A DNA stretch of 47,562 nucleotides from Mobula hypostoma (Eukaryota), in NCBI RefSeq assembly GCF_963921235.1, contig NW_026948142.1, positions 186,001 to 233,562 of the forward strand, given 5' to 3'. The first letter of the stretch is position 1. Each line of letters starts with the position of its first letter. Under the pieces are notes generated by a model that saw only the letters and a program-made list of their open reading frames with translations, did not search any database and was not told the origin of the DNA. Of this stretch, positions 12,115 to 24,529 are shown piece after piece. A program made the translations under genes and the position numbers.

Positions 12115-13253
12115 CCTCAGTTCTAAAAGGACGTCCTTCAATCCTGAAGTCATGCCTTCTTGTCCCAGAATCCCCTACCATGGGAAATAACTTTGCCAGA
12201 TCTAATCTGTTCAGGCCTTTTAACATTCAGAATGTTTCTAAGAGATTGCCCCGCCCCCGCATTCTCCTGAACTCCAGGGAATACAGCCCAAGAGCTGCCA
12301 GGCATTCCTCATAAGGTAACCCTTTCATTCCTGGAATTATTCTCGTGAATCTTCTCTGAACCCTCTCCAATGTCAGTACATCCTTTCTAAAAATAAGGAG
12401 CCCATAACTGCATACAGTATTCCAAGTGTGGTCTCATGAGTGCCTTATAGAGCCTCAAAATCACATCACTGCTTTTATATTCTTTCCCTCTAGAAATGAA
12501 TGCCAACATTGCATTCGCGTTCTTCACAACTGACTGAACCTGGAGGTTAACCTTTAGGGTATCTTGCACAAGGACTCCCAAGTTCCTTTGTATCTCTGCA
12601 TTTTGAATTCTCTCCCCAGCTAAATAATAGTCTGCCCATTTATTTCTTCCACTGAAGTGCATGACCACACACTTTCCAACATTGTATTTCATTTGCCACT
12701 TCTTTGCCCATTCCCCTACACTATCTAAGTCTCACTGCAGGGTCTCTGTTTCCTCAACACTACCCGTTCCTCCACCCATCTTTGTATCATCGGCATATTT
12801 AGCCACAAATCCATTAATACTGTAGTCCAAATCACTGACATACATCGTAAAAACAGCAGTCCCAACACCGAACCCTCTGGAACTCCACTGATAACTGGCA
12901 GCCAGTCAGAATATTCTCACTCTCTTGTTTTTTGCCGACTGGCCAACGCTCCACCTGTGTTAGTAACTTCCCTGTATTTCCATGGGCTCTTATCTTGCTA
13001 AGCAGCTTCATGTGCAGTACCTTGTCAAAGACCTTCTGAGAATCCAAGTATTTCACATCTACTACATCTTCTTCGTCTACCCTGCTTGTAATTTCCTCAA
13101 AGAGTTGCAGTCGGTTTGTCATGTAGGATTTTCCTTTCAGGCAGCCATACTGGCTTTGGCCTATCTTGTCATGTGCGTCCAGGTATTCAGTAATCTCATC
13201 CCTAACATTCAATTCCAACAACTTCTCAACCACTGATGTCAGGCTAACAGGCT
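12115..13253 (-). mobile_element. CR1 RT fragment of the same subfamily, inverted tail-to-tail with the previous copy
   Basis: EKLLELNVRDEITEYLDAHDKIGQSQ..LDSQKVFDKV; KYNVGKC..NLQVQSVVKNANAMLAFISRG..RPHLEYC. Confidence 0.92.
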
Positions 13254-13499
13254 AAATGCACCTGATTATTGGTCATTTATTTGTGGAGGAGCATTGTTTC
13301 ATTTGTCAGTATTCATGTGTACCATTGAATGACAGTACATAGAGCATAGAATAGTACAGCACAGTACAGGCCCTTTGGCCCACAATGTTGTGCTGACCCT
13401 CAAACCCTGCCTCCCGTATAAGCCCCCACCTTAAATTCCTCCATATATCTGTCTAGTAGTCTCTTAAACTTCACTAGTGTATCTGCCTCCACCACTGAC

Positions 13500-16294
13500 T
13501 CAGGCAGTGCATTCCATGCACCAACCACTCTTTGAGTAAAAAAAAATTCCTCTAATATCCCGCTTGAACTTCCCACCCCTTACCTTAAAGCCATGTCCTC
13601 TTGTATTGAGCAGTGGTGCCCTGGGGAAGAGGCGCTGGCTATCCACTCCATCTATTCCTCTTATTATCTTGTACACCTCTATCATGTCTCCTCTCATCCT
13701 CCTTCTCTCCAAAGAGTAAAGCCCTAGCTCCCTTAATCTCTGATCATAAAGCATACTCTCTAAACCAGGCAGCATCCTGGTAAATCTCCTCTGTACTCTT
13801 TCCAGTGCTTCCACATCCTTCCTATACTGAGGCGACCAGAACTGGACACAGTACTCCAAGTGTGGCCTAACCAGAGTTTTATAGAGCTGCATCATTACAT
13901 CGCGACTCTTAAACTCTATCCCTCGACTTATGAAAGATAACACCCCATAAACTTCCTTAACTACCCTATCCACCTGTGAGGCAACTTTCAGGGATCTGTG
14001 GACATGTACCCCCAGATCCCTCTGCTCCTCCACACTACCAAGTATCCTGCCATTTACTTTGACTCTGCCTAAGTCCTTCCAAAGTGTACCACCTCACACT
14101 TCACCAGGTTGAACTCCATCTGCCACTTCTCAGCCCACTTCTGCATCCTATCAATATCTCTCTGCAATCTTTGACAATCCTCCACACTATCTACAACACC
14201 ACCAACCTTTGTGTCGTCTGCAAACTTGCCAACCCACCCTTCTACCCCAACATCCAGGTCGTTAATAAAAATCACAAAAAGTAGAGGTCCCAGAACAGAT
14301 CCTTGAGGGACACCATTAGTCACAATCCTCCAATCTGAATGTACTCCCTCCACCACCACCCTCTGCCTTCTGCAGGCAAGCCAATTCTGAATCCACCTGG
14401 CCAATCTTCCCTGGATCCCATGCTTTCTGACTTTCTGAATAAGCCTACCATGTGGAACCTTGTCAAATGCCTGACTAAAATCCATATAATCACATCCACT
14501 GCACTACCCTCATCTATATGCCTGGTCACCTCCTCAAAGAACTCTATCAGGCTTGATAGAGACGATCTGCCCTTCACAAAGCTATGCTGACTGTCCCTGA
14601 TCAGACCATGATTCTCTAAATGCCCAGAGATCCTATCTCTTAAGAATCTTTTCCAACAGCTTTCCCACCAGAGATGTAAGGCTCACTGGTCTATAATTAC
14701 CTAGACTATTCCTACTACCTTTTTTGAACAAGGGGACAACATTCGCTTCCCTCCAATCCTCCGGTACCATTCCCGTGGACAACGAGGACATAAAGATCCT
14801 AGCCAGAGGCTCAGCAATCTCTTCCCATGCCTCGTGGAGCAGCCTGGGGAATATTCTGTCAGGCCCCCGGGACTTATCCGTCCTAATGTATTTTAACAAC
14901 TCCAACACCTCCTCTCCCTTAATATCAACATGCTCCAGAACATCAACCTCACTCATATTGTCCTCACCATCATCAAGTTCCCTCTCATTGGTGAATACCG
15001 AAAAGAAGTACTCATTGAGGACCTCGCTCACTTCAACAGCCTCCAGGCACATCTTCCCACCTTTATCTCTAATCCGTCCAACCTTCACTCCTGTCATCCT
15101 TTTTTTCTTAACATAATTGAAGAATGCCTTGGGATTTTCCTTTACCCTACTCGCCAAGGCCTTCTCATGCCCCCTTCTTGCTCTTCTCAGCCCCTTCTTA
15201 AGCTCCTTTCTTGCTTCCCTGTATTCTTCAATAGACCCATCTGATCCCTGCTTCCTAAACCTCACGTATGCTGCCTTCTTCCACCTGACTAGATTTTCCA
15301 CCTCACTTGTCACCCATGGTTCCTTCACCCTACCATTCTTTATCTTCCTCACCGGGACAAATTTATCCCTAACATCCTGCAAGAGATCTCTAAACATCGA
15401 CCACATGTCCATAGTAGATTTCCCTGCAAAAACATCATCCTAATTTACACCCGCAAGTTCTAGCCTTATAGCCTCATAACTTGCCCTTCACCAATTAAAA
15501 ATTTTCCTGTCCTCTCTGATTCTATCCTTTTCCATGATAATGCTAAAGGCCAGGGAGCGGTGGTCACTATCCCCCAGATGCTCACCCACTGAGAGATCTG
15601 TGACCTGACCCGGTTCATTACCTAGTACTAGATCTAGTATGGCATTCCCCCTAGTCGGCCTGTTCACATACTGTGACAGGAATCCATCCTGGACACACTT
15701 AAACTCTGCCCCATCTAAACTCTTGGAATTAATCAGGTGCCAATCAATATTAGGGAAGCTAAAGTCACCCATGATAACAACCTTGTTATTTTTGCACCTT
15801 TCCAAAATCTGCCTCCCAATCTACTCCTCTGTATCTCTGCTACTATCAGGGGGCCTATAGAATACCCCCAATAGAGTAACTGCTCCCTTCCTGTTCCTGA
15901 CTTCCACCCATATTGACTCAAAAGAGGATCCTGCTACATTACCCACCCTTTTTGTAGCTGTAATAGTATCCCTGACCAGTAATGCCACCCCTCCACTGCT
16001 TTTTCCGCCCTCTCTATCCTTTTTAAAGCACTGGAATATTGGAATATTCACAGGAATATTGAGAATCCATTCCTGCCCTGGTGCCAGCCAAGTCTCTGTA
16101 ATGGCCACTACATCATAATTCCATGTGTGTAGCCTAGCTCTCAGTTCATCACCTTTGTTCCTGATGCTTCTTGCATTGAGGTACACACATTTCAGCCCTT
16201 CTTCCTTACTGTCTTTACACTGTTTGTTCTGCTTCTCTTTCCTCAAAGCCTCTCTATATGTTAGATCTGGCTTTACTCCATGCACTTCTTTCAC
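13500..16294 (-). pseudogene. CR1 ORF2 endonuclease-reverse transcriptase, disrupted
   Basis: YLNARSIRNK..ITETWL..GVFYRPP..MGDF..LDLVL..DSDH; NYRPVSLTS; DFSQAFDKVPH..GVPQGSVLGPLLF..KFADDTK..RPHLEYC. Confidence 0.92.
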
Positions 16295-16329
16295 TGCTCT
16301 ATCGCTCTGGGTCCCATCCCCCTTGCAAA

Positions 16330-17268
16330 TTAGTTTAAACCCTTCCGAACCATGCTAGCAAACCTACCTGCAAGAATAATGCTCCCCCTCGAGTTCAGGT
16401 GCAACCCATCCAATCTGTACAGGTCCCACCTTCCCCAGAAGAGATCCCAATGATCCAAAAATCCAAAACCCTGCTCCCTGCACCAACTCCTCAGCCACGC
16501 ATTCAACTGCCATCTCCTCCAATTCTTACCATCACTGTCACGTAGCACTGGCAGCAATCCTGAGAACGCCACCCTTGAGGTCCTGTTCTTCAAACTTCTG
16601 CCTAGTTTCCGAAACTCACACTTGAGGACCTCATCCCTCTCCCTGCCTATGTCATTGGTCCCAACATGTATCACGACTTCTGGTTGCTTTCCCTCTTGTA
16701 CCAGGATGTCATGCACCCGGTCAGAGACATCCCAGACCCTGGCACCCGGGAGGCAACAAACCATGTGGGTGTCCTTCTCATGTCCACAAAATTTCCTGTC
16801 TGCTCCCCTGACTATAGAGTCTCCAATGACGACAGCTCTCTTTTCTCCGTCCCACCCTTCTGCACCACCGGGTCAGACTCAGTGCCGGAGGCCCTGCCAC
16901 CGTGGCTCACACCAGGTCGGTCGTCCCCGCCAACAGTATCCAGGACGGTAAACTTATTATTCAGGGGAATGGCTATAGGGGTGCTCTGCACTACCCGTCT
17001 GCTCACCTTTGCTTTCCCCCCTCTGACTGTCACCCAACGACCTGCTTCCGACAGCCTAGGTGTGACTACCTCCCTGTAGCTCTCATCTATGACTGCCTCA
17101 TTGTGCCTTATGAGTCGAAGGTCATCCAGCTGCTGCTCCAGATTCCTTACGTGGTCTTCCAGATCGCCCAGCCGTATGCACTTCTGGCAGATGTGACTGC
17201 GGGAGAGGGGCGTTCCCCCAAGATTGCCACATCTCACATGAGAGGCACATCACCATCTCAGGAGGCAT
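16330..17268 (-). pseudogene. CR1 ORF1 (CxxC..HxCxxC zinc finger, coiled coil, SGNH/GDSL-like esterase), frameshifted
   Basis: MPPEMVMCLSCEMW../HICQKCIRLGDLEDHVRNLEQQLDDLR; CLPGARV..IHVGTNDIG..DGLHLN. Confidence 0.88.
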
Positions 17269-17641
17269 TGTAGAGACTAATTGCGAGCAAGCTTGTCCTC
17301 AGCTTCTTCTCGTCAAAGCCTTAAAGCTCCACTCACGCTCTGGCCGCTTTCCATTAGCCACTTCGCTTGAGCTATCCCTCTATTTATCTGTTTGAGCTTT
17401 TCAAAATGTTTGGTCACCTGACCTCGACTGCCCAATCAGCTGCTTTCTGCTGAGTCTGAGCTATTCAAATCTTGATTGTCTAATTAACGGCTTTCTGCTG
17501 ATCTATTCAAATCTTGATTGACTTGATTGCACAGACCAACTGCCAAAACTGCCAGAATCTCTCGAGTCAAAGCCTCAAAGCTCCACTCCTTCACTGGCCG
17601 CTTTCCACAGTAAACTGAACAAACTTGATCTTGAATATTTT

Positions 17642-17827
17642 CAGCATTTATGGAAATGAATGAACATTCGACATTTCCGGCTGAGATGCTTCATCAGTCC
17701 TGATGAAGAGTCTCAGCCCAAAACGGCAACTGTTTATTCATTTCCATAAATGCTGCATGGCCTGAGTTTCACCAGCCTTTTGTGTGTTTTGCTCTGCATT
17801 TCCAGCACCTGCAGAATCTCTCGTGCT
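17642..17827. mobile_element. Palindromic Penelope-type non-autonomous element with two back-to-back degenerate minimal hammerhead cores
   Basis: Inverted arms cagcatttatggaaatgaatgaaca / tgtttattcatttccataaatgctg around centre ttcatcagtcctgatgaa; 19-bp flanking direct repeat TTGAATATTTTCAGCATTT (17631-17649, 17828-17846). Confidence 0.8.
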
Positions 17828-18097
17828 TTGAATATTTTCAGCATTTTTGTTTTTATATGTTAAACTTGTACTCGTAGTCACCGACTCTCATTTTAAATAT
17901 TTCCTCCCATACATTCCGTGCTCCAAGTCCATCCACTGAGCTTTTCCAGTCCAACCACAAAACTGAGGTCTGTCCTGTTTGGCACCAACCCTGTAATCCA
18001 TCCCTATACCTCTCAAAGTTTCCTTTCCCAAAACATCGGGCCTGGATCAGATACAATGATCCTGTGAGACTGAACAAAACTTACACAGGCAGCCTAA

Positions 18098-20262
18098 TAG
18101 AAACATAGAAAATAGGTGCAGGAGTAGGCCATTCGGCCCTTCGAGCCTGCACCGCCATTTATTATGATCATGGCTGATCATCCAACTCAGAACCCCGCCC
18201 CAGCCTTCCCTCCATACCCCCTGACCCCCGTAGCCACAAGGGCCATATCTAACTCCCTCTTAAATATAGCCAATGAACTGGCCTCAACAGTTTCCTGTGG
18301 CAGAGAATTCCACAGATTCACCACTCTCTGTGTGAAGAAGTTTTTCCTAATCTCGGTCCTAAAAGGCTTCCCCTCTATCCTCAAACTGTGACCCCTCGTT
18401 CTGGACTTCCCCAACATCGGGAACAATCTTCCTGCATCTAGCCTGTCCAATCCCTTTAGGATCTTATACGTTTCAATCAGATCCCCCCTCAATCTTCAAA
18501 ATTCCAACGAGTACAAGCCCAATTCATCCAGTCTTTCTTCATATGAAAGTCCTGCCATCCCAGGAATCAATCTGGTGAACCTTCTTTGTACTCCCTCTAT
18601 GGCAAAGATGTCTTTCCTCAGATTAGGGGACCAAAACTGCACACAATACTCCAGGTGTGGTCTCACCAAGGCCTTGTGCAACTGCAGTAGTACCTCCCTG
18701 CTCCTGTACTCGAATCCTCTCGCTATAAATGCCAGCATACCATTCGCCTTTTTCACCGCCTGCTGTACCTGCATGCCCACTTTCAGTGACTGGTGTATAA
18801 TGACACCCAGGTCTCGTTGCACCTCCCCTTTTCCTAATCGGCCACCATTCAGATAATAATCTGTTTTCCTATTTTTGCCACCAAAGTGGATAACTTCACA
18901 CTTATCCACATTAAATTGCATCTGCCATGAATTTGCCCACTCACCCAACCTATCCAAGTCACCCTGCATCCTCTTAGCATCCTCCTCACTGCTAACACTG
19001 CCACCCAGCTTCGTGTCATCCGCAAACTTGGAGATGCTGCATTTAATTCCCTCATCCAAGTCATTAATATATATTGTAAACAACTGGGGTCCCAGCACTG
19101 AGCCTTGCGGTACCCCACTAATCACCGCCTGCCATTCTAAAAAGGTCCCGTTTATTCCCACTCTTTGCTTCCTGTCTGCTAACCAATTCTCCACCCACAC
19201 CAATACCTTACCCCCAATACCGTGTGCTTTAAGTTTGCACACTAATCTCCTGTGTGGGACCTTGTCAAAAGCCTTTTGAAAATCCAAATATACCACATCC
19301 ACTGGTTCTCCCCATCCACTCTACTAGTTACATCCTCAAAAAATTCTATGAGATCCGTCAGACATGATTTTCCTTTCACAAATCCATGCTGACTTTGTCC
19401 GATCATTTCACCGCTTTCCAAATGTGCTGTTATCACATCCTTGCTAACTGACTCCAGCAGTTTCCCCACCACCAACGTTAGGCTAACCGGTCTATAATTC
19501 CCCGGTTTCACTCTCCCTCCTTTTTTAAAAAGTGGGGTTACATTAGCCACCCTCCAATCCTCAGGAACTAGTCCAGAATCTAATGAGTTTTGAAAAATTA
19601 TCACTAATGCATCCACTATTTCTTGGGCTACTTCTTTAAGCACTCTAGGATGCAGACCATCTGGCCCTGGGGATTTATCTGCCTTCAATCCCTTCAATTT
19701 ACCTAACACCACTTCCCTACTAACACGTATTTCGCTCAGTTCCTCCATCTCACTGGACCCTCTGTCCCTTACTATTTCTGGAAGATTATTTATGTCCTCC
19801 TTAGTGAAGACAGAACCAAAGTAATTATTGAATTGGTCTGCTATGTCCTTGCTCCCCATAATCAATTCACCTGTTTCTGTCTGCAGGGGACCTACATTTG
19901 TCTTTACCAGTCTTTTCCTTTTTACATATCTATAAAAGCTTTTACAGTCCATTTTTATGTTCCCTGCCAGTTTTCTCTCATAATCTTTTTTCCCCTTCCT
20001 AATTAAGCCCTTTGTCCTCCTCTGCTGAACTCTGAATTTCTCCCTCAGGTGAGCCACTTTCTCTGGCTAATTTGTATGCTACTTCTTTGGAATTGATACT
20101 ATCCCTAATTTCTCTTGTCAGCCACGGGTGCACTACCTTCCTTGATTTATTCTTTTGCCAAACTGGGATGAACAATTGTTGTAGTTCATCCATGCAACCT
20201 TTAAATGCTTGCCATTGCATATCCACCGTCAATCCTTTAAGTGTCATTTGCCAGTCTATCTT
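18098..20262 (-). mobile_element. Relatively young 5'-truncated CR1 LINE (RT and 3' UTR)
   Basis: Long ORFs 19242-20057 and 18496-19302 with full RT motifs (LDFQKAFDKVPH, GVPQGSVLGP, KFADDTK); tail atagaaacatagaa; possible TSD TAATAG (18095-18100, 20267-20272). Confidence 0.95.
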
Positions 20263-20304
20263 ATCTTAATAGGCCAAGACCTTATTTTGTCGAGTGCAGT
20301 GGAA

Positions 20305-20575
20305 TGACAGGAGATTTGCTGGAGTTATACAAAATTATGAGGGGTCTAGATAAGGTAAATGCAAGCAGGCTTTTTCGTTGAGGTTGGGTCGAACGATCTG
20401 CCAGCACAAGTTGTGAGTTGGATTTCAGCAATTAAATGAAATTTGGATTGGTACGTGGATGGGAAGGTTTGGAGTACTATGATCCGGGAGCAGATAGATA
20501 CTACTAGCCAGAATAGCAGTTCGGCATGGAATAGGTGGGCTAAAGGTGAGGTTTCTGTGCTGTAGTGCTCTGTCA
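20305..20575 (+). mobile_element. Old CR1 3'-end fragment
   Basis: GDLLELYKIMRGLDKVNASRLF plus 3' UTR-like ttcggcatgga..gggctaaagg..tgtgctgtagtgctct. Confidence 0.7.
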
Positions 20576-20732
20576 TTGACTAATAACTTACCACCTGTGT
20601 TTTGCTTCCTTTAATCACTTGGAGACAATGCTCAATTTACCTGCTGCCCTTTATGGTTTGTTTCCTTGTCTCCCTGCTTGACCCATTCAACAGTCTTTCA
20701 AATAATCATCCCCGTGTTTACCTATTTTCCAG

Positions 20733-20831
20733 TGCACCTTGGGAACCAATCCTATTAGTGTCGCTGCTCCTGCCCTGGATGACGACATCTTTGTGTTGGA
20801 CATGGCCACATCGGCTGCAGCGTTGGGAAAG
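20733..20831 (+). CDS. Internal exon A of Ldh_2-family (malate/L-lactate/sulfolactate/ureidoglycolate dehydrogenase type 2; YjmC-like) oxidoreductase: CTLGTNPISVAAPALDDDIFVLDMATSAAALGK
   Basis: Polypyrimidine tract + ttttccAG acceptor, AAG|GTacag donor, 99 bp, phase 0/0; family motifs GTNP and LDMATS. Confidence 0.93.
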
Positions 20832-20849
20832 GTACAGCTAAAGTTTATT

Positions 20850-21040
20850 GTCTATTATAGGTGTAATCAGAATAAACATTCCAAATATGTCCTCAGCAGC
20901 ATCGCATATGACAACATAACATCCTAACTTCTATACTCAGTATCCTAATCAAAGCTAACTTGCCAGAACCCTACTTCACCACCCTGTCGATACCTGTGAC
21001 ACCACTTTCAGAGAACTATGTACTCATCCCTGTTCTATAA
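20850..21040 (-). mobile_element. Old CR1 fragment (RT C-terminus); continues at 24530 after the satellite
   Basis: acaacataacatcctaacttctatactcagt...ccactttcagagaactatg parallels CR1 at 7555-7690. Confidence 0.75.
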
Positions 21041-21096
21041 CACTCCCCAGAGCCCTGCTGTCCACTGTGAAACACCTACCCTCTGTTGTTGAACAT

Positions 21097-21385
21097 GTGG
21101 CGCGTGGCCAAGTGGTTAGGGCGTTGGGCTCACGATCTGAAGGTTGTGGGTTCGAGTCTTGCCCAAGGCAGCGTGTTGTGTCTTTGAGCAAGGCACTTAA
21201 CCACACACTTCTCCAGTCCACCCAGCTGAAAATGGGTACTGGCAAATGCTGGGGGTTAACCTTGCAATAGACTGGCATCCTATCCGGAATGGGGGTGCGA
21301 GTCTCGTACTCTCAGTCGCTTCATGCCACAGAAACCAGCATAAGCACCGGCCTGATGGGCCACAAAGGCTTGGGACAAACTTTGA
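21097..21385 (+). mobile_element. tRNA-derived SINE
   Basis: Pol III A box TGGCCAAGTGG and B box GGTTCGAGTC, followed by CORE-like tgtgtctttgagcaaggcacttaacc and a non-tRNA body; interrupts the satellite. Confidence 0.88.
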
Positions 21386-22334
21386 CTGTGTAGAACACAC
21401 CCCAGAACCCTGCCATTCACTGTGAAACACCTATCCTCTACTGTAGAACACACCCCAAAGCCCTGCCATTCACTGTGAAACACCTACCCTCTATTGTCGA
21501 ACACACTCCAGAGCCCTGCTGTTCACTGTGAAACACCTATCCACTCTCTGTTTGACAACTTTTCCCAGGGCACTAGCGTTCACTGTGAAACTCCGGTGCT
21601 ATGTTCAACAACACTGCCAAGAGCCCCGTCTCACCAGTAAATTTCTAACCTCTGTGCTGCAAGACTCAACAGGACCCTGCAGTTCACTGCGAAACTCTTA
21701 CATTCTGTTTGACAACAATCCCCAGAACCCTACCACTCCATGTGCAATCCCTACCTCTGTTCAGCAACACTTCCCAGAGCCCTACCATTCACTGTGAAAC
21801 TCCTAACCTCTGTTCAACAATACTCTCCAGTATGCTGCCTTTCACGGAGAAACCCCTTCCAGGTTTGACAATACTCCCCAGGGCCTTACCGTTCACTGTG
21901 TAACTCCGACCCTCTGTTTGACAACTTTCCCCAGGGTCCTAGCATTCATTGTGAAACTCCTATTCTCTGCTCCACAACATTCCCCCAGGCCAAGGTGTTC
22001 ACTGTGAAACTCCTAACCTCTGTTCGACGATATTCCCCAGAGCCCTGCCATTCAATGTGAAACTCCTAAGCTCTATTCAACAACACAGTCCAGAACCCTA
22101 CTGTTCACCGGGAAACTTCTACGCTCAGTTCAACATCATTCCCCAGGGCCCTAGCGTTCACTATGAAACTCCAGTGCTGTGTTCAACAACATTGCCAAGA
22201 ACCCCTACTTGCTCTGTGAAATTCCTTTCCTCTCTTCTGCAACAGTCCCCAGAGCCCTGCTGTTCACTGTGCAACTCCTGCCCTCTGTTCTACAACACTC
22301 GCCAGAACCCCAATGTTCTCTGTACAACTCCGAC

Positions 22335-23710
22335 CCTTAGTGGTGGTCGTAAACCAACTGGTGGCCTCCATGTTGTGGTACTGGATGGTCATCCTGGCCC
22401 CACCTGCCCCCTTTGTCGCAAGAGTGCAGATGAAGTTAGTGGACTTGTTCTGGTGTAACAGGAAGCACTGGGTCTCCGCATCGGCGTTGAGTCTCCCAAT
22501 GGAAGAGGGCGGACTAGCACTGCTGTGTCCGTACACGGCTGGCAGCTCTCCACCTCAGGATCCTGCAGAGATTCCTGTATGCCAAGCACCCTCCCAGGTG
22601 GCAGGTAATGGAGATGTATTTTCTACAAAGGGGCTGTTGTCTTTACGAAAAGATGCGGCTATTACCAGTGGGCATCAGCTGTCCTGCTTTGCAGAGTCTA
22701 CCCGGCTTCTATCAGGACCTACTGAGAATCTGGAACGTGGTTGCGTCAGGCCAGGAATCCCCTCCTCTGGCAGAGGGCGGAGTCCTGGGCGACCCCTGCC
22801 CGACCTCAGTGGATGTCGTTGCTGCTCAGGTTTGTGGAATGACTCCGGCTAGGCTCACCTCTGCATCGCCGCAGTGGCTTGTTGGGGCCAGGCCCCACAA
22901 TCTTATCCGAGAGCCGAGCCCACACAATTTGAGCCATCTCTCATCGACTCCCACAATTCCATTCAGGGATGCAAGTAGCAGGTACCTGTATGGGCTACTG
23001 TTCCACATCCTCCATTTCCCAGCCTTTGTTCACCATCCCGACACGCCACGGCAGACTGTCTTTCCACCTGAGGGTGAGGGGGTGCTCAGTGGAAGTCCCT
23101 TCACGAGGGAGTTCTTCCCATGCACCTTGGGGATCTGGGGTGGAGGCTGCTGCGTAGAGCGGTGCCCTGCAATAAGTTCTTTAGCTTGTACGCGTCCTCC
23201 AGCCGCATGTCGCTTCTGCGGGCTGGAAGAGACCGTGTAACACACATACATGGAGTGTGCGAGGCTGCAGCCCCTTTTTGCATATCTGCGTGGGCACCTT
23301 CTGGTTACATTTTAGCCCCACCCTATTTATATACGGTCATCCAGTAAGGAGGGGGGCCATGGAGGGATGAGGATGTCCTTGTCAATTTGCACGTGGGGCT
23401 GGTAAAAACAGCTATCCATGGGTTCTGGAAATGGGTGGCAGAGTGATCCGCCTCGGCAGACTGCCTGGCTATGTTTAGGGGGTCTGTCTGTGACCAGGTA
23501 ACCATTGAGAGAGAACATGCGTTGTCCATGGCGACCATAGAGGCATTACGGGATCATTGGGCTCCACGGGGGATTAGCACCATCATTGACAGAGATGGAA
23601 ACAGTGTAGTTTAATTTTGTTTGTCTAGTAGTTGTGTAGTAATTGTGCTAGTCACTGGTTTGTATATATTTTAGCACTGAATTTGTAATAAAGATATTTT
23701 GTAAAACAAA
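22335..23710 (+). mobile_element. 5'-truncated Tx1/L1-clade LINE fragment (ORF2 C-terminus with zf-RVT), frameshifted
   Basis: VVVNQLVASMLWY..LVDLFW..HWVSASALSLPMEEGGLAL; DLGWRLLRRAVPCN; CRFCGLEETV*H; AATAAA near 23687 and short A-rich end. Confidence 0.88.
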
Positions 23711-24529
23711 TGTTATCAGTTTGATAACATTCCCCAGGGCCCTAGCATTTACTGTGCAACTCCCACCCGCTGTGCTGCAACACTCCCCAGAGCCCTACCA
23801 TCCACTGTGAAACTTAACCTCTGTTTAACAACACTCCCCAGAGCCCTACCATCCACTGTGAAACTTGTATCCTCTGACAATACTACCAAGGCCTTTGCCT
23901 TTCACGATGAAACTTGTACCAAGTTCAACACTCCCCAACCCTCTGTTTGGCAGCATTCTCCAGGGCCCCGCTATTCACTGTGAAATGCCTAGTCTCTGTT
24001 CAACAACACTCCCCAGCGCCCTGCTGTTCCATGTGAAACTCCTATACTGTACTCTGTTCCACAACACTCACCTGAACCCTGCCCTTCACTCTGAAACTCC
24101 TATCGTCTGTTCCACAACACACTCTAGAGCCCTAGCTTTCATTGTGAAACTCCTAACCTCTGTTCTTCATCACACACCAGGGCCCTACCTTTCACTGTGA
24201 AACTCCTACCACCTTTTCAACAGCACTCCCCAGAGCCCTGCCATTCAATGCAAAACTCCTAACCTGTGCTGTAAAACTTTCCAAGGACTAGTTGTTCATT
24301 CTGTAACTGCTCCCCTTTGATTGAACACACTACCCAGGGACCTACCATTCACTGTGAAACCCCTATCCTCTGTTCTATCTCACACACCAGGGCCCTGCCG
24401 TTCACTGTGAAACTCCATCCTCTGTTTGACAACACTCTGCAGACCTGTACTGTTCACTGTGAAACTCCTCCCTTCTGTTCGACAACTCTTCCCAGAGCCC
24501 TACCGTTCACTGTGAAATGCCTACAGTTA

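Larger units (their letters stand above)
13338..17606 (-). mobile_element. Near full-length CR1 LINE (~4.27 kb): 5' UTR, ORF1 (Zn-finger/coiled-coil/SGNH esterase), ORF2 (APE + RT), 3' UTR with (TTCTATG)-like tail; inactivated by a few frameshifts and stops
   Basis: Collinear minus ORFs from 17268 to 13500; 3' tail catagagcatagaa at 13338; candidate 6-bp TSD ACAGTA (13332-13337, 17607-17612). Confidence 0.95.

Noticed and set aside
14724..19279. Long plus-strand ORFs opposite the CR1 ORFs
   Set aside because: Antisense shadows of CR1 coding sequence
21097..21170. Possible tRNA gene
   Set aside because: A and B boxes are present but there is no convincing acceptor stem, and it continues into a SINE body
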